Shown here in pieces: positions 49,256 to 62,312 of a stretch of 64,000 nt of DNA (within the stretch, counting starts at the first letter, position 1; each line of letters begins with the position of its first letter). The notes below the pieces were generated by a model. The model saw only the letters and a program-made list of their open reading frames with translations, was not told where the DNA came from and searched no databases. Location: positions 1-64,000 of the forward strand of contig NMRA01000570.1 of the NCBI GenBank assembly GCA_002633005.1, read 5' to 3'. The DNA is from Phoronis australis. Lineage: Eukaryota; Animalia; Phoronida. The translations under genes and the position numbers were made by a program.

Positions 49256-52200
49256 AATTGTTACATATTTTTCAAAAAAGTGTTACTTATTATTCGACGT
49301 TTAAGGGAATTTGACAGACAAGGAGAGTGATTACCCGTAAGTATTTAAAGCTCAAAATTACCAAAAATCAAGAAGTGTGTAATGCATGCACAAGGACAAT
49401 AAGTTGTGCAAATTTTGTGTATATTTGTACAAATACATTTGACATTTTTAAATATATTACAATGATTCAAAATTCATGAAAACTCTTTCTTTGATAAAAA
49501 TTTGGTGCTTGATATTGACCGCTAATTTGAATAGTCGCTTCACATCATATGTGAAGTGGCCTCGTATCGGAAAAAGTGTATTTGCTTTTTAAATCATGTT
49601 CCAATTATTGGTGAATAGTTTACATGGTATATATTATGCATATCATCGAGATTTATAATCCTGGTACTTATTCACCTAGTTAGCATGCACGTTAATTTTT
49701 CAACATTTGTAAAGCGTATATTGCCCAAATGTAAGTAATTTTTGAAGAATATGACAATACTAATATTGTTCATAATTTGGACCCAGTTTGACGGCATTGT
49801 CTATTCTTATTTCCGGGTCCTAATTGCGTCAACTTCTGCCATGATACGTCATCACTTAAAATACGAATCTTTGTTCAAAATACGTACAAAGTAATGACGT
49901 CAATGCCTTGATATTGGGATTAAATATTAACACAAAAGAAAATCCCCCTCATCACGCAAAGGTGGCCAGGAGTGGAGATGACGAAAATAATGTTGAAATT
50001 ATCAACGTGCCTCATCATAACAACAAGATCTAAGGCTTCCTGAAAATTGCGATTACCTCGTTTGTCATCAAATGGTGGTTTTGCACTTCATTAAGTATGG
50101 TTGCTTGTAAAATAATTTTTTCTTTGCTCATTGCATGTCCATTAACTAGGGATAGCTGGTGATTTTGACTGGCCAACTAAATGGCGTGACAATGTACTGT
50201 AAGTAAGTATTTTGTTTCTTATTTTCAATGTCTATTTAGAAAATGTCCATGACAGTAATACGTAAACTTATAAGTTTAGTTTTGGGGGAATAGCATACCA
50301 ATAAGTTTTATAAAATGGTATTGGTTGACAGTACCCTCTACAATTTCACAACAGCATCAGCAGCTTCTTGTCAGTTCGTGGTGACACTAAAAGCAACTGT
50401 CGGACTAAACATATCAATTTTGGTGAATAAAATTTTCATTTTCCCTAAATGTTGATTTAATAAAACGTGATTTAGCGTGGTCTTGCTTTTCTCGCAAGAA
50501 ACTGGGTCTGCAGAACACTACCCAGGTCTGTACCTAATTGAGGTGCTCGATAAACGAGATTTTGGGATGATTGTAAAGTTAAGTGGAGTATATTCGAAAT
50601 CATTAACTTCGACCAGAGCTTTAAAACAATAAAGTACCTTATGTTTTTGGAGTTTTATCAGAAATCGCATATTTCCAACGTTGTCTTTTCCCATTACCAT
50701 TTGAATACGCTTAAAATACTTTGCCACTTTTTAACTTGGCTTAAAAGTTTAAACGCGTAGAATCTGGTTAAGTACTAAGACGTCGGAGTACTTGTGCCGG
50801 CGAAGTTTGAGGATTTGATTCCGCGCTATTGGCATATTTGTGTAAAATTACTTTTCTCCCCGAGAATGTTCTTTAAGCCTATGTTTTCTGTCAAGAACAA
50901 ATTTTAAATTGGGTCACTTACCATCATAAAATAGTTCTCAAATTGTTCTTCGCTCAGTTTAAATAAGTGACTTCTGGGGTCCGAAAGATTTGAAACTATT
51001 TCCTTACAATTTCCTCAGGCCAAGCTCATACAAGTTCAAGTCACGCCGTCAAATTATAAGAACCTTCACTAAAGAAATAACGAACTGCCCTTTTTACCAA
51101 GTCCAGAAATCACACCAAGGCTTTGAGGACAATTTCATAAAGGTAAGTGGCTTAAATCAAAACTTGTTTTTTGAGAGAAGAAAGTGGTTAATTGCGTTTT
51201 AATCTTTTTTCCATGAACGCGCATCATGGCATATTTGTCCATCAAGGACGCAAGAGCTTTCATGTAATTACCCCTTCATTGAAGCTCATTAAGTAACCAG
51301 TATCGACCATGCAATGTGCATCGCCGTCGGTGGGTTGTGTTTGTGGTGAATAAATTTGTAAAAGCCAATGTCACGGCTTTGGAAGCGTTGAAGAAACGCC
51401 CTCATTTATAAATGTTTTGAGGTCGTCGATAGCACTAGCCGCATTCTTATTCTATTTTGTGATCTTACTGTTCGTTTCTTACCACATGTTTCTCTGCTCT
51501 TGGCGTTCATCGTTCTTTCAACATCTCGCAAGGTCTCTCCTTTTCTAAGCATTGCCACTATTTTTACAAGGTGGTGGATTCGTGACCAGCAATAAACTTT
51601 GAGATAGAAACACTTTCCTAAAATTAGGCAACTCTTGGCGGTGAACAAGCACTACCGTAAATTTCTGAAGACCACAGTTCGACCATATGAGCCTTTGTAT
51701 AGAAAATATATCCAAACAGACCTAAGGGCCTACTCTTAGAATTACAATTAACTTTCCTGTGGTTTGCAGGGTTTCTGAAATTGAAAAGTGTCGGACAAAA
51801 ACAAGGCTTTATGTAGGAGCCCCCGTTTCCAAAGTTGTGCTCGAGTTCACTCGCCTTGTTCAAAAATATCTGTTAGACCTGCCTCTACGTATTGTTACGG
51901 AGATGATTTTATTTTAAAATTATCTAGTTGGGTCCATCACGCAGAACACTTTCAAGCCTTGAGTGTCGAAATCCAAAAGATGCCTGCATTATAAGTGCAT
52001 CATCTAAATGAAATCCTTATTAATCAAATCCAAAAACTGCGTTCTAGAAGCATTATTTTCCAAAAAATACCTTTATTGTACACACCGTTATGTAACACGT
52101 CAAGTTTTCGAAGAAACTGTGCGAAAAACGTTTTGAACTTTGCCACATGCGTCTTTAGTTAGCTTCATGCAGGCAGTGTCTCTGGTGTAAGATCAAGTCA

Positions 52201-53513
52201 AACAAACTAAAATTAGACGTTTTATGTTTCTGTCTGTTCCTTGTCTATTCACTTTAAGTTAAAGCTACAACTTTAACCCTTTTCACAAAATACTTCACGT
52301 GAAATCACGAAATATGTCAACTAAGCCTATTTCCAACTTGGACTACACCATTCCTTGTCAGTATCAACATTGAGGTGGTATAGAGGCATACCTCTAATTG
52401 ATCAGAGGCGGTGAGCTTGTGTAAAGGCTGTCAGCCTGTGTTGTGGCTTTTTGAAACATTTTTATTATCAAATGCATCGGGCGTTCTTCTTTGTGACAAC
52501 AGAAACAAAGGCAGATTTAAGGTGGGACCAGTAGGACCTGCGGACAAGCCTAAAAATATATACCAACACTGTCGTCAGGCCGTTTTTATGAAATAATTGC
52601 TGGCGGTCTGCTACACGTTGTACCAGACTTGCGCAGGCCGCTCGGGTGGTCCCATTGTACCGATAACCTGGAACCATTTTATGCTTTATTAATAAATATA
52701 TAAAACCGAGCTGAGGAGCTAGAGACCTGACTCAAGGGTCTACCAGTGTGCCACAGTGGAATTCGAACCCACGACCTTGAGCAAAGAAGCGGACAATTAT
52801 GCTGCATCACCTCCTCTTCGGGCCGTTTTTAGGGCTACACAGACATTTTTTCTTCAAAAATGAGATTGGACAGCCGTTACCAGGGAGACACTAATTCCCA
52901 TCATGGCAACGGCATTTTTTGATTTTAATGTTCTTGTAGCAGCAAGTGACCAAATATCCATCAAGTGTTTTCGGACAACATGTACACAAGACGTCATAAT
53001 CCATTGTGGAAAGATAACTCAATCGCGGGATATGTCTTGTTAAATGTGTCCCTTGGTTTGGCACGAGTCGAAATAGTACCCTGTTTGAGCTATTCTAGGA
53101 ATAAAAATCAACTCATGAAATTTGCTTGGTGCTTTATTTTTTGCAAACGATTATTTTGCAGTGTCCCAATATAACATTTGTGAGCATCTCATGTCATTTA
53201 TCACCATGTTTAATATTGTTTTCATACTAAGAAATTAGTGTATTCTAGTGACAGGTAGAAAGCAAAGATTATTACCACACCAGTCAAATTTTCCCGTCAC
53301 CATGTGGAGAAAATGATGGATTTTCTGTAGTTCATCTTTCTAGGTAGGCCTATACGTAAGAGGAACCGTAAGAAGATACATGTTGTTGACACCCTGTAAC
53401 TATGAAACTTATTTTGTGCATTCAAATTGAAGTTTTAAGTAAGTAGGCCACCGTACAATGTTCAGTTTGAGTAATAATCGCCCACACCGATGTCAGTGAA
53501 TCAGATGGAATGC

Positions 53514-53681
53514 TTAGAAACCGTCGTTGAACTTGCCGTTGATCCAATCGAGGAACCGTTGCACACGTGCGTACACGCCATAGTGTTGCACGTCTGCGCA
53601 GCCGCGCCCCCAGGATACAATTCCTATCTGTTTCCAGCGTCCGTCATCAGATTTCACTATCAGAGGTCCTCCAGAATCGCC
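53514..53681 (-). CDS. Mosaic trypsin-family protease, last exon (catalytic Ser)
   Basis: tccag|ggc gat tct. Encodes GDSGGPL...[29 protein letters not shown]...F*. Confidence 0.92.
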   Translation of the reverse strand, partial: GDSGGPLIVKSDDGRWKQIGIVSWGRGCADVQHYGVYARVQRFLDWINGKFNDGF

Positions 53682-53867
53682 CTGGATGGGATATAGAAAC
53701 GAGTATAAAAGTCAGTGCAATGACAGTCACACGCGAACACTAACAGTCAATAAGGGTTATACTTACCAATTGTTATCTTTTTCAAATTGACGAAAAGTTA
53801 AAGAATTTCGTAAAGGAATGCCGCAAAATAAATCAATTTCAATGGTGAGAAATTACACAGCACAAGC

Positions 53868-54003
53868 CTTGGGCGGCGCAGCACTGAAAAAAGTGGGGGA
53901 GCTAAAGCCCCCTCAGCCCCCTTGTGGTGCATCGCCTATAGACTATGTGCGGCGTAGCACTGAAAAAAGTGGGTTCGGAGCTATAGCCCTCCAGCCGCCC
54001 ATG
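53868..54003. mobile_element. Dimeric MITE with 5-bp TSD
   Basis: cttgggcggc ... gccgcccatg; caagc on both flanks; two internal agcactgaaaaaagtggg units. Confidence 0.7.
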
Positions 54004-54387
54004 CAAGCACAGCCATTTGTGTTAGCAAATCCAGTTCAGCTTTCGGAAAGGGTAGTGTCTAGCGGTTATAGCGATATCAGGCAAGTGTTCGTAAAATGTG
54101 ACCACGGATAAACGCATTATCTGAATAGTTTGCACTCGCGAGTAACTTGAGCTACAGAACGGGCCGGAGACATCCAAATAAAGCGAAGGGACTCAACGTC
54201 ACTGGTTTCGTATTATACACCGTGGCTGCACTTGGTTGACATCGCTGTTTCCACCGGTTTAAAGCGGCTAAGACATCTGATTGGTCGTGTCAAACGGAAG
54301 TCGTCGTCATTGAGGACCAATCAGATGTCAAAGTTGGTTGACCCAGCGGAACCAGGGTAGTCAGTCAAGTATATCCATTGCCTTTAC

Positions 54388-54530
54388 CTGACACGAATCC
54401 TTTCCTCCGTCTTTGAATCCTGCACACAGCATGTTGTCAGTTATGTTCTGTGGCTCGTACGAGCTTCGGCACTCTTCGTTGGTAACGACAGGTACCGCAA
54501 CTTGCTGTAGCCGGGTACTGTCAGCCGTGC
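54388..54530 (-). CDS. Mosaic protease exon (trypsin domain, S1 Asp)
   Basis: Phase 1 to 0. Encodes GTADSTRLQQVAVPVVTNEEC...NMLCAGFKDGGKDSCQ|gtaaag. Confidence 0.92.
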
Positions 54531-55102
54531 CTATACGGACAGTTTGAGTACAGTTGATGTACATGGGGTCATCGTGGACGCCATGCAACTGATTATTCTG
54601 ATAACAAATAACAGGGAGAAAGCAAAAATATTTAATGAAATATTCGTGAGGAAAAACATTGTTTACCTTCCGTTCTGATTAATTTTTCACTGATGATGCT
54701 GATATTCATGTGCAGTGAATAAAAGAAGTTCTTCTCTAGTGTCTAGCACTGACTGCTTTTTCGGCCGCAAACGAATTCAGGTAAAAATACTAAAACAGAT
54801 GAGACTCCAGGGCTCTGGGTCTAAACTTTTGTACTCGTTACTCAGCTTGAAAATTGACCAATTACCTGACATGTAATAAACTTACAATATTTGTAGGTGT
54901 GCTATAGTAAGTTTACAGTCTGAGTCAGAGTCGAGCGTGAGGCATCAATCGCATGCAGTCCATGGTTAACACACTTGGAACCCTGCATGGAACATAATCT
55001 TTCGACAACTATTGTCGCATTGTCCCCTGTGTCTTGACTAATTTTGACAAATAACCGATTAACACGGAGTTAACCGCACAACATCTAATCAAAGGTACTG
55101 AC

Positions 55103-55292
55103 CTTCAGTGTTTCCCCATCCACTGACAATGGCTGTCATTCCTTCTGGCACTTCAGTGGCTTCCGGTAGACAAATCAGACTGACAGCTGGAGACGGAACG
55201 ACAGGTGTCGCTAGTTTCAAGAGCGCCACGTCGTTGTCCACAGTGACATCATTATAGTGCTCATGACAAATGATTTTCTCGACTGGCACTGA
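55103..55292 (-). CDS. Mosaic protease exon (catalytic Asp)
   Basis: Phase 0 to 1. Encodes SVPVEKIICHEHY...NDVALLKL...ICLP...VSGWGNTE. Confidence 0.92.
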
Positions 55293-55412
55293 CTGCAATT
55301 TCAATGAAATATATTCACGACAGCTTTTCTTCTTAAACACGTGGCCTATAGTTTAAAGAGTCCATTTTTGATGTCTAACATGGACACAGACAGACTGACA
55401 AAGAGACGTTAA

Positions 55413-57080
55413 AGGAGAATGCCACCCGATTTAATTAGTCTTTTTTACCGTCTTCTCGGTCGGTCTATATCCACATCGCGTCTTATACGGTCGACCTCAC
55501 CTTGCCGAGAGGAAGTTGAGAAACGACGCAGCGACGTCAGTGGTTCGTCTGCAGAATGAATGCCGCTATATTGCCGTGCATCTTTCCCGCTTGTCCGAAC
55601 TATGAAGCTGTGAAGAAAGTGGTTATATCGTTTTTTCTACTTCCTCGAGAGCCCGAAATGCTTGGGAAGTGGCTCGCGGTAGTGAAGAATGAAAGGACAG
55701 TACGGCGCTGTTAATGAAGTATGAGGCCGTGAAACATCTCCGTGTCTGTGGCCGGCATTTCGTCGACAGTGATTTCTCTGACCTCGGCTTACCAAAGAAC
55801 TATCCATACGTTCAGTTGCCTGTGAATGTTCACGGCGCCTCTCTAGGATTTCTTGATCAGTGTATTCCGGTTCGAACTGATAGCCTGTGAAATCTAACGA
55901 TCCGATCCGTGAAGTCTTCGTCGGATGAGCTCTTTACTAAGTCGGGATTGGCGCCGGGCGATTTGCTATGTAGACGTTTATGATTCTGCGTTCTGTTTCA
56001 AAATGAATTATTCTCATCCTAACCAATGCTTATTTAAAACTGAAACAAAGTCTGTCTCATTAGAAGCAAGTTGTAATGCCTTTGCAGTATTCGTGAGTGC
56101 AAATGTTGAGAAGCCAGCAATGGCCTCTGCGTTGACCGGCTTTTGATGCCGGCAATAAAGGTAATTGACCGGGCGCCTAGGCTGTATGAGCGCATGCTAA
56201 TTCAGTGTTTGCTGACAGAAAGCTGTTGTAAAACAATTACTCGATTTTATATACTGTGGTCACATGTTAGGGGAATCTTTATTTAGAAGTACAAATACAT
56301 TATTCAAATCATTGTTACTGTACAACCTTTGCCCCAACGGTCTGTGGAAGGGAAACCCGACAAGTAAGTAGATTTTCACATAAATAATTACATGCAGATT
56401 ATTTCTTTGGCTCACTATTATAGTCTTTCGTGACTGGAGGTTTAGTTTCCAACTCAAGCTGGTTTATGTTCGTGCCCGTCCCGGCGGCCACGACGGGCTT
56501 GATTGGGTTGCGAGCCGGCCACTGGCCGGTATAACGAGTCAGTCCGGCCGCGACAAGCCTGATCGGGTTCCGAGCCACTGGCCGGGATAACAAGCGTTTT
56601 GTGTGTTTAGAACTCAAAAAATCACAAGTCTAAACAACACAGATCTAGGTTTTCCTGTCTGTATTTCACGAAAGAATACTTCGAATTTATCTCCGAACAG
56701 ACCCCAAACTCCTGCTACGGACCTAGGGAAATTGGCCTCCCGAACTTTGTAGGCTACTGTGTGTCCAAATACCAATAAACCCGTAACAGCGAAATAAAAC
56801 AACACGTTTTATAAGAACTCGTTGTATTTTTAAGGGTTTTACATCGAAATTTGGTGATTTATTGGTGTTAAACGATGAATGCAAGCGGTAAGCCGACACT
56901 AGTAACCCGTGTTGTGAACTGGTGAACGGACTGCGCGTGAAACAAATGACGTCATTGGATAATTTCAACACCTCTGTCTGACGTCAGGTGTCAGGTAACG
57001 TAACCGAACGTGCCGTTACCGAGTAGAACTACTCGATCTAAATTGATACAAAATAGGTTGTTTTTGGGTGGCATTCTCCT
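55413..57080 (+). mobile_element. Non-autonomous Kolobok-type DNA transposon in a protease intron
   Basis: TTAA TSD at 55409-55412 and 57081-57084; perfect 15-bp TIR AGGAGAATGCCACCC; frameshifted THAP remnant at about 55560-55800 (C..C, SFFLLPREPEMLGKW, HLRVCGRHFVDSDF); internal repeat of about 60 bp at 56480-56595. Confidence 0.85.
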
Positions 57081-57908
57081 TTAACTTGGGTCTTTGAAAC
57101 TCAACGCTAGGGCAGCACAAGAATCTACATTCGTTTGTAGTTAACACACTGTCAACCGAGTTTAACATTATGTAGAACCCTAGAAAAATGGCCAACTTCG
57201 GGTTATCACATCTCAGAAATGGTTCATCGGATTCATATCAAACTTTCAGGTGCTATGTTTTATGCATTGTTCTTCAACGCGCTGTTAGAAATTGCTTTGT
57301 AAAAACAGAGTTTATCAAAAATAGGACTTTATGATTTTCATGAAAAAAACGAAAACAAAATGATAAATCAGAAAACTGCAACAACGTTTTTTAGATTTCA
57401 GCTGAAAAATTTGGTCGTGTTATCGATACCTTTGATTTGCTATCAATACATTTCTGTTCTTGCTAAATTTCATCAGAAAGACATGGTCACGTCACTCAAT
57501 TGATGGTAAATGGATAAAAAGTCAAAAATCAATTTCTACAGACTTTCTAATTTCAGAAAACACAATGTTTACTGACTTAAACAACAACTCTGAACTTGGC
57601 TAAACACTACAGACTTGTCGATAAGGTCCTAGTACATTAATTTTGGAATGACACGAAACGCCGTACAGCTGTTGCACTACAAATATTTTCTGGGCCTCAT
57701 AACTGCGGCATGACCGTAGGAAGTTTCAGACAACTAATGTATCAAATAAAGCCAACACAGCCATGATGTTCATTTAGATTTGATAAGGCCAAGGCAATGT
57801 ACACCTACAATATCATGAGGGGTGTGCTTTATTTATTCCAAATTTTATTTGTATATTACTTTTCTCAGTAAATGTGTTATTTAAAACCAATCGAAAACAA
57901 ATTTTCAC

Positions 57909-58156
57909 CTGCTGCAAGACGCCGGTGGCCGTCAATAGATGCTCTCCAGCCACGACAGAGAAATGGGAGGCTTGTTGACGGTAGACACAGTGTGCCGCGG
58001 TCATTACGACATCAGTTCTTATCAGCGACCCTCCGCAGTAATGTTCGCCATTACTAACCAAGCTAACCATCCAAGGGAACGAGTGGGGGACCGCTTCCTG
58101 TCCACCAACAACCCTCTTGGTGGGCACGAGTGGCGGGTAAAATGGTTTACCGCAAC
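57909..58156 (-). CDS. Mosaic protease exon (activation site and catalytic His)
   Basis: Phase 1 to 0. Encodes GCG...[22 protein letters not shown]...HYCGGSLI...TAAHC. Confidence 0.93.
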
Positions 58157-58857
58157 CTGTGTAGACCAAAAGCATCCATGTCGTGGCAAAATAAGCAAAA
58201 GTTTACTTCAAAACATTTTACATAGTCGTATTATAGAACAATGCATCAGATTTTCAAAACATTTAAACTATAACCAAGTTACCGAAAATACACCTTGGGT
58301 GTCCTAGTCAGTGCAATTCCAACCTTTCGACAAAATTTCTGAACTCCCACCCGAGGTTGCTGTGGAGACATGATGAGGCCACAAACTTTTCACTTCCTAT
58401 GGTCAACACAATTGGTCAGCTGCCCTCCCCTATGTCATGGTTTTAAGGATTTAGGAACCTTTGTGACGACCAGACGGCTCCTATTACGTACGATCGGGAT
58501 GCCCTTTGCTGCAGTCTTTTTAGCTGAAATGATTGCCCCCCAGTCGCCACCAGTTTTGAATAGACCCTGTGGGTACGAGAGGAGCCCTTATTTTGCGCGT
58601 GGTCTCAAGCTGTAGCTTATTTAAAAAACTAAACCAGGGAATTCGCGTTGTCAGCTGCGGACGAGCGTGGTCAATACGTAACAACACGTCAGTTTGCGTG
58701 CACCCAGACAGTGTTGCGTTCGTTTAAATGTGTTAACTGATTTTAAATAAAAAGCAACTATATTGTGTTACCGGCGCTAAAATGATGAAATCTAATTTAA
58801 ACGTCAATATAGACATTACCCTTGTCACGAATAATCAATTCTAGAGTGGTCTACTAC

Positions 58858-59025
58858 CTGCACAATTTCCCCACTTTTTGTCCTTGTCATAATTGTCAGT
58901 CGTGGCACACCATGGCTTGTCGTGGTTGACTTCCGTGCACGCTAAGTATTGCCGACCTTTGTACACGAAAGGGAACACGCAGGAAGCACCCCCGCCATTT
59001 CCACCGTACGTTTTCATGAAGCCAT
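58858..59025 (-). CDS. Mosaic protease exon: fibronectin type II domain
   Basis: Phase 1 to 1. Encodes TYGGNGGGASCVFPFVYKGRQYLACT...PWCATTDNYDKDKKWGNC. Confidence 0.92.
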
Positions 59026-60288
59026 CTGACGAAACAAAGGTTGTCATTACAAACCTGCCCATAGTCTGAATCCATCTCCTTTTTCACTTACATCGTCATT
59101 ATTAATTCTACACCTAATCGACTGGACAGAGACCTGACCCACAATGGAAATTGAACTCGAAGTTATTTTTGACATTTTCCTTTGTGTTTTGTGTGAATTC
59201 AAGATAAGTGAATATAGGCCTATGTGCTCGAGTACACTATGACTTACGTGAATGACTATCTAATGCTAGTCTGCGGTAGATGGTTCAAGCATCAAGTCAT
59301 ATTTTCGAGTTTAAATCTGAAATCTCCAGTTTGTACTCGAAATCTTCAGTTTCACTCGAGGCTGTTCCTAGAAGCTAAGGGCCATCACGTGCAAAGTTGG
59401 ACTACTCACTCAAATGCGTAAATCACAATGTACTCAACTATGAGCAAAGAAGAACGAGCACTTGTCTTGAGTTCGCCCACAAGTATGACGGGTGACGTGA
59501 ACCAGGGACTGCTCGAAGAAAAAGTTTAATAACAAGACTATGTGTTCGAGTTTGGAAATAATTAAAGACATAAACGGCCTCCTAAGATGTGTCTCTATAT
59601 GCATAAGGTATTTATAAAGCTTCCGGTGTATGAAACGCCTATGGGAGCTACACCGGCTACTGAGCCAGCTGAAGACGGTGGCCACCGTCTACCAGCAACT
59701 CTGCTAGTATCTGTTTTACGTCTACCGTGTACAGTTTTAAATTTTGCCATACGTCGTCAATTCCGTGGCTGCAAAGTTTGGAACTTATCGTAAAATTATA
59801 CAATAGCACAGTTTCAAAGGACCGTCAATACAAACAGTGCCGAGAACGAACGACCTCGAACTCGGAGATCGGAACGGTTGTCAAGTGCTCCGTTTGTACC
59901 CCAATATGAGCTGGCTGCTAATTTTTTCGCGCATGCCCAGGAACACTCCATATTTTAACCAGACGCTGCAGCCGCCTCCAGGACATCTGTCTAATTATTC
60001 AGAATTTGTTTTATACTTTAAACAAACGCTTGCATACGGCGGCCTTCCCGGCGATGCCGAAATGGCGTCAGACCTATATTTAAAATCTGTGATACCTAAA
60101 AACCGTTCACCGAGGACGCTCGCTGCACAACGGAAGTGGTCACTTCGCGCCGCTCAAGAGCGGACCAAAGTTATTTTTTGCGGAAAAATGTGCCTACAAG
60201 GAACTGGAGATGTCTACTAACTTCACAAAAAACTCCAAGAAATCCACCCTACCCCCAAGACAGCTGCGCCCTAAAACCGACTGAATAC

Positions 60289-60565
60289 CATGTGCGCACC
60301 CAGCCTAGAAAATGGAGGTGTTCGAATTTTTGAGAACGTGGACATTTTAGGCCTACGAAGATTCACGGGGTACGTTCAGAGCTGTGAATTGTGCATTCGC
60401 CGAATTTTGGTAGTTCCTGCCTTTTTGATGGACTTTTGTCTCGCATTCCACTTTTTTCAGAGTTTAAGTTTCTCTGAGGCTGGCTTTTATTGCCCACTTC
60501 CTCCAAAATGGGGGACACGTTCGAGCCCCCTTGAGCCCCCCGCCCCTCAGTCTGGTTCGCGCAAG
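60289..60565. mobile_element. hAT5-like MITE related to 13276-13487
   Basis: catgtgcgcacccag ... ctggttcgcgcaag; flanks aatac / aattc; shared internal cccagccta...tcgaattttt...ggacttttgtctc. Confidence 0.6.
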
Positions 60566-60732
60566 AATTCCGATGAACACCACTACAGTGATTGTAAGAT
60601 TGTATTCCTTAGATGATGCAAGGGTCTATGATCAAGCGAAAAATGGCGGGGAATTAGTTATGTCGTACAGTCAGCATTAAGTCAGAGCTAGCTTGAAAAT
60701 TTACCTAGATACCTTTTAGAATGACAACATAC

Positions 60733-60849
60733 CAGTGCACATGAAGTCCGCCTCATCCGAACTGTCCGAACAATCATTGATGGAGTCACAAATGATACCT
60801 TTAACGCATTTCCCGTTTAGGCAAGAAATTTCGTCAGCCGCACAAACTC
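60733..60849 (-). CDS. Mosaic protease exon: LDL-receptor class A domain (not in the ORF track)
   Basis: tttcag|...|gtatgt, phase 1 to 1. Encodes VCAADEISCLNGKCVKGIICDSINDCSDSSDEADFMC. Confidence 0.9.
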
Positions 60850-61178
60850 CTGAAATAACAAGAATTAGTTAGTTTGTGAACAAGAAGGTTGTAACGGGTA
60901 GAACACGAAGGGTTTTAGTGAAATATGATCAAAAACGCATCGTAATCGTAGAATATTTCTTGTTGTAGTACGCTTGTAAAGGACCTCCGCCATATTGGCT
61001 TTGTGCTTTTGAGACTTTGCAACATCAGTTAAAAGTATGGTAGGTAGAAGTGGCCATACTTTGGTCGTGGTAACTACTTATTACATGTACAAGCAATTCA
61101 AAGCCACGTGGCAATGCATGCGTTTAATTATTTTGTTATTGTTCATAACTGTATTTATTCCTCCGTAAAGTATCTTAC

Positions 61179-61425
61179 CAGGTTTATCCACGTAATCGAA
61201 CCGAGCTTTAAACCCGCGACCTGTTACAGAAAAATCACTTTTGAAGACAATGAACATCCAGTTCCCAGTCGATCGAATGACATCACTAGGTACATCGGAA
61301 CTGCACAGTTTCGTTAGCCGACTGGATGACACTGATGAATCTAGGTTGTCGTAAGCAGCCACGCTATCAAACGTACAGCACGTGGAAGGCTCGATGTCCA
61401 AATCCAAGAAAGTCAATTCAATCAG
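61179..61425 (-). CDS. Mosaic protease exon: CUB domain, C-terminal part
   Basis: Phase 0 to 1. Encodes LIELTFLDLDIE...CTFDSV...KLC...STGNWMFIVFKSDFSVTGRGF. Confidence 0.92.
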
Positions 61426-61809
61426 CTAGAAAACCAGATGAAATCCAAATTAAACTCAATGTATTTTACAATTTCTTGAAAATTTCTGTTTTCAGTAGAA
61501 GCACAACACTTACATTTACAACTGAAAGCGGCTATTAACCAGTCTTCGGCCGTCAAAGACCTCAGATATCTGATTTAGATCGCTTACCGCTAAGAAATGT
61601 GTATCACGTTGGTGTGGAATGACTTTTGGACTACAGAAGAACTAAGAGTTCGGTATAGTGCTAGGACCATGCTTTGTATATAGAGCTGTGCAGAAAAGTA
61701 CTGGAAACAAAAATTGGCATCCGGTAAGAATATATATATAGGATCACTTAAAATGTTCATTTTTCTAAATGTCGAATGATAAAAGTGGCAGCAATAGTTG
61801 GTTACTCAC

Positions 61810-62312
61810 TTTGTTAGGGGGTGCAACAATTCTGTATTTACATGTAAGATCATTGCTGTAGTTGGAAGGGTAATTCTTTGAGTTCAGCACGTAGCCATTG
61901 CTTGGAAATTGGGCGATACCACTACACGCTTTGTCTGCTGCGACAGACGGCGCTACTGTAGTTGCTACCGGAGGAGTTGGTTCTTTCGATAACGTAGATG
62001 GTCCACCATTCCTGGGTGGTGGAGACGGAACACCAAGCATCTGGCAGTGGTAGTTGACGGCCAGATATTTCACCACGCCAGGACAAGGGTCTCCAAATAT
62101 ATGGTTGGTGGCTACCACAGTGCAGGATGTTTGATCCTGACAACGCTCTCTGACGATTTGTAACGATGACGGGCTTCTGCAATTGGTGTTGCTGTAAGTC
62201 CCACACTTGTCGCGCTCTGTGCGCCCATAGTTGGCCATGGTAACCCGTATCACGTGACCTTGGCTGCAACTGAGAGTGACGGGCTTATTCTCACATGCTG
62301 ATGCACTGGTAT
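61810..62312 (-). CDS. Mosaic protease exon: SUEL (rhamnose/galactose-binding) lectin, Pro/Thr linker and CUB start
   Basis: Phase 1 to 0. ACE...ANYGR...FGDPCPGVVKYL, then NSKNYPSNYSNDLTC. Confidence 0.92.

Noticed and set aside
54270-54332. Perfect 15-bp inverted repeat gacatctgattggtc / gaccaatcagatgtc
   Set aside because: Probably the core of a small repeat element; ends and TSD could not be defined.
59837-60220. 127-aa intronic ORF with faint Crypton/ZMYM-like IPKN...W wording
   Set aside because: Resemblance too weak and no recombinase motifs.
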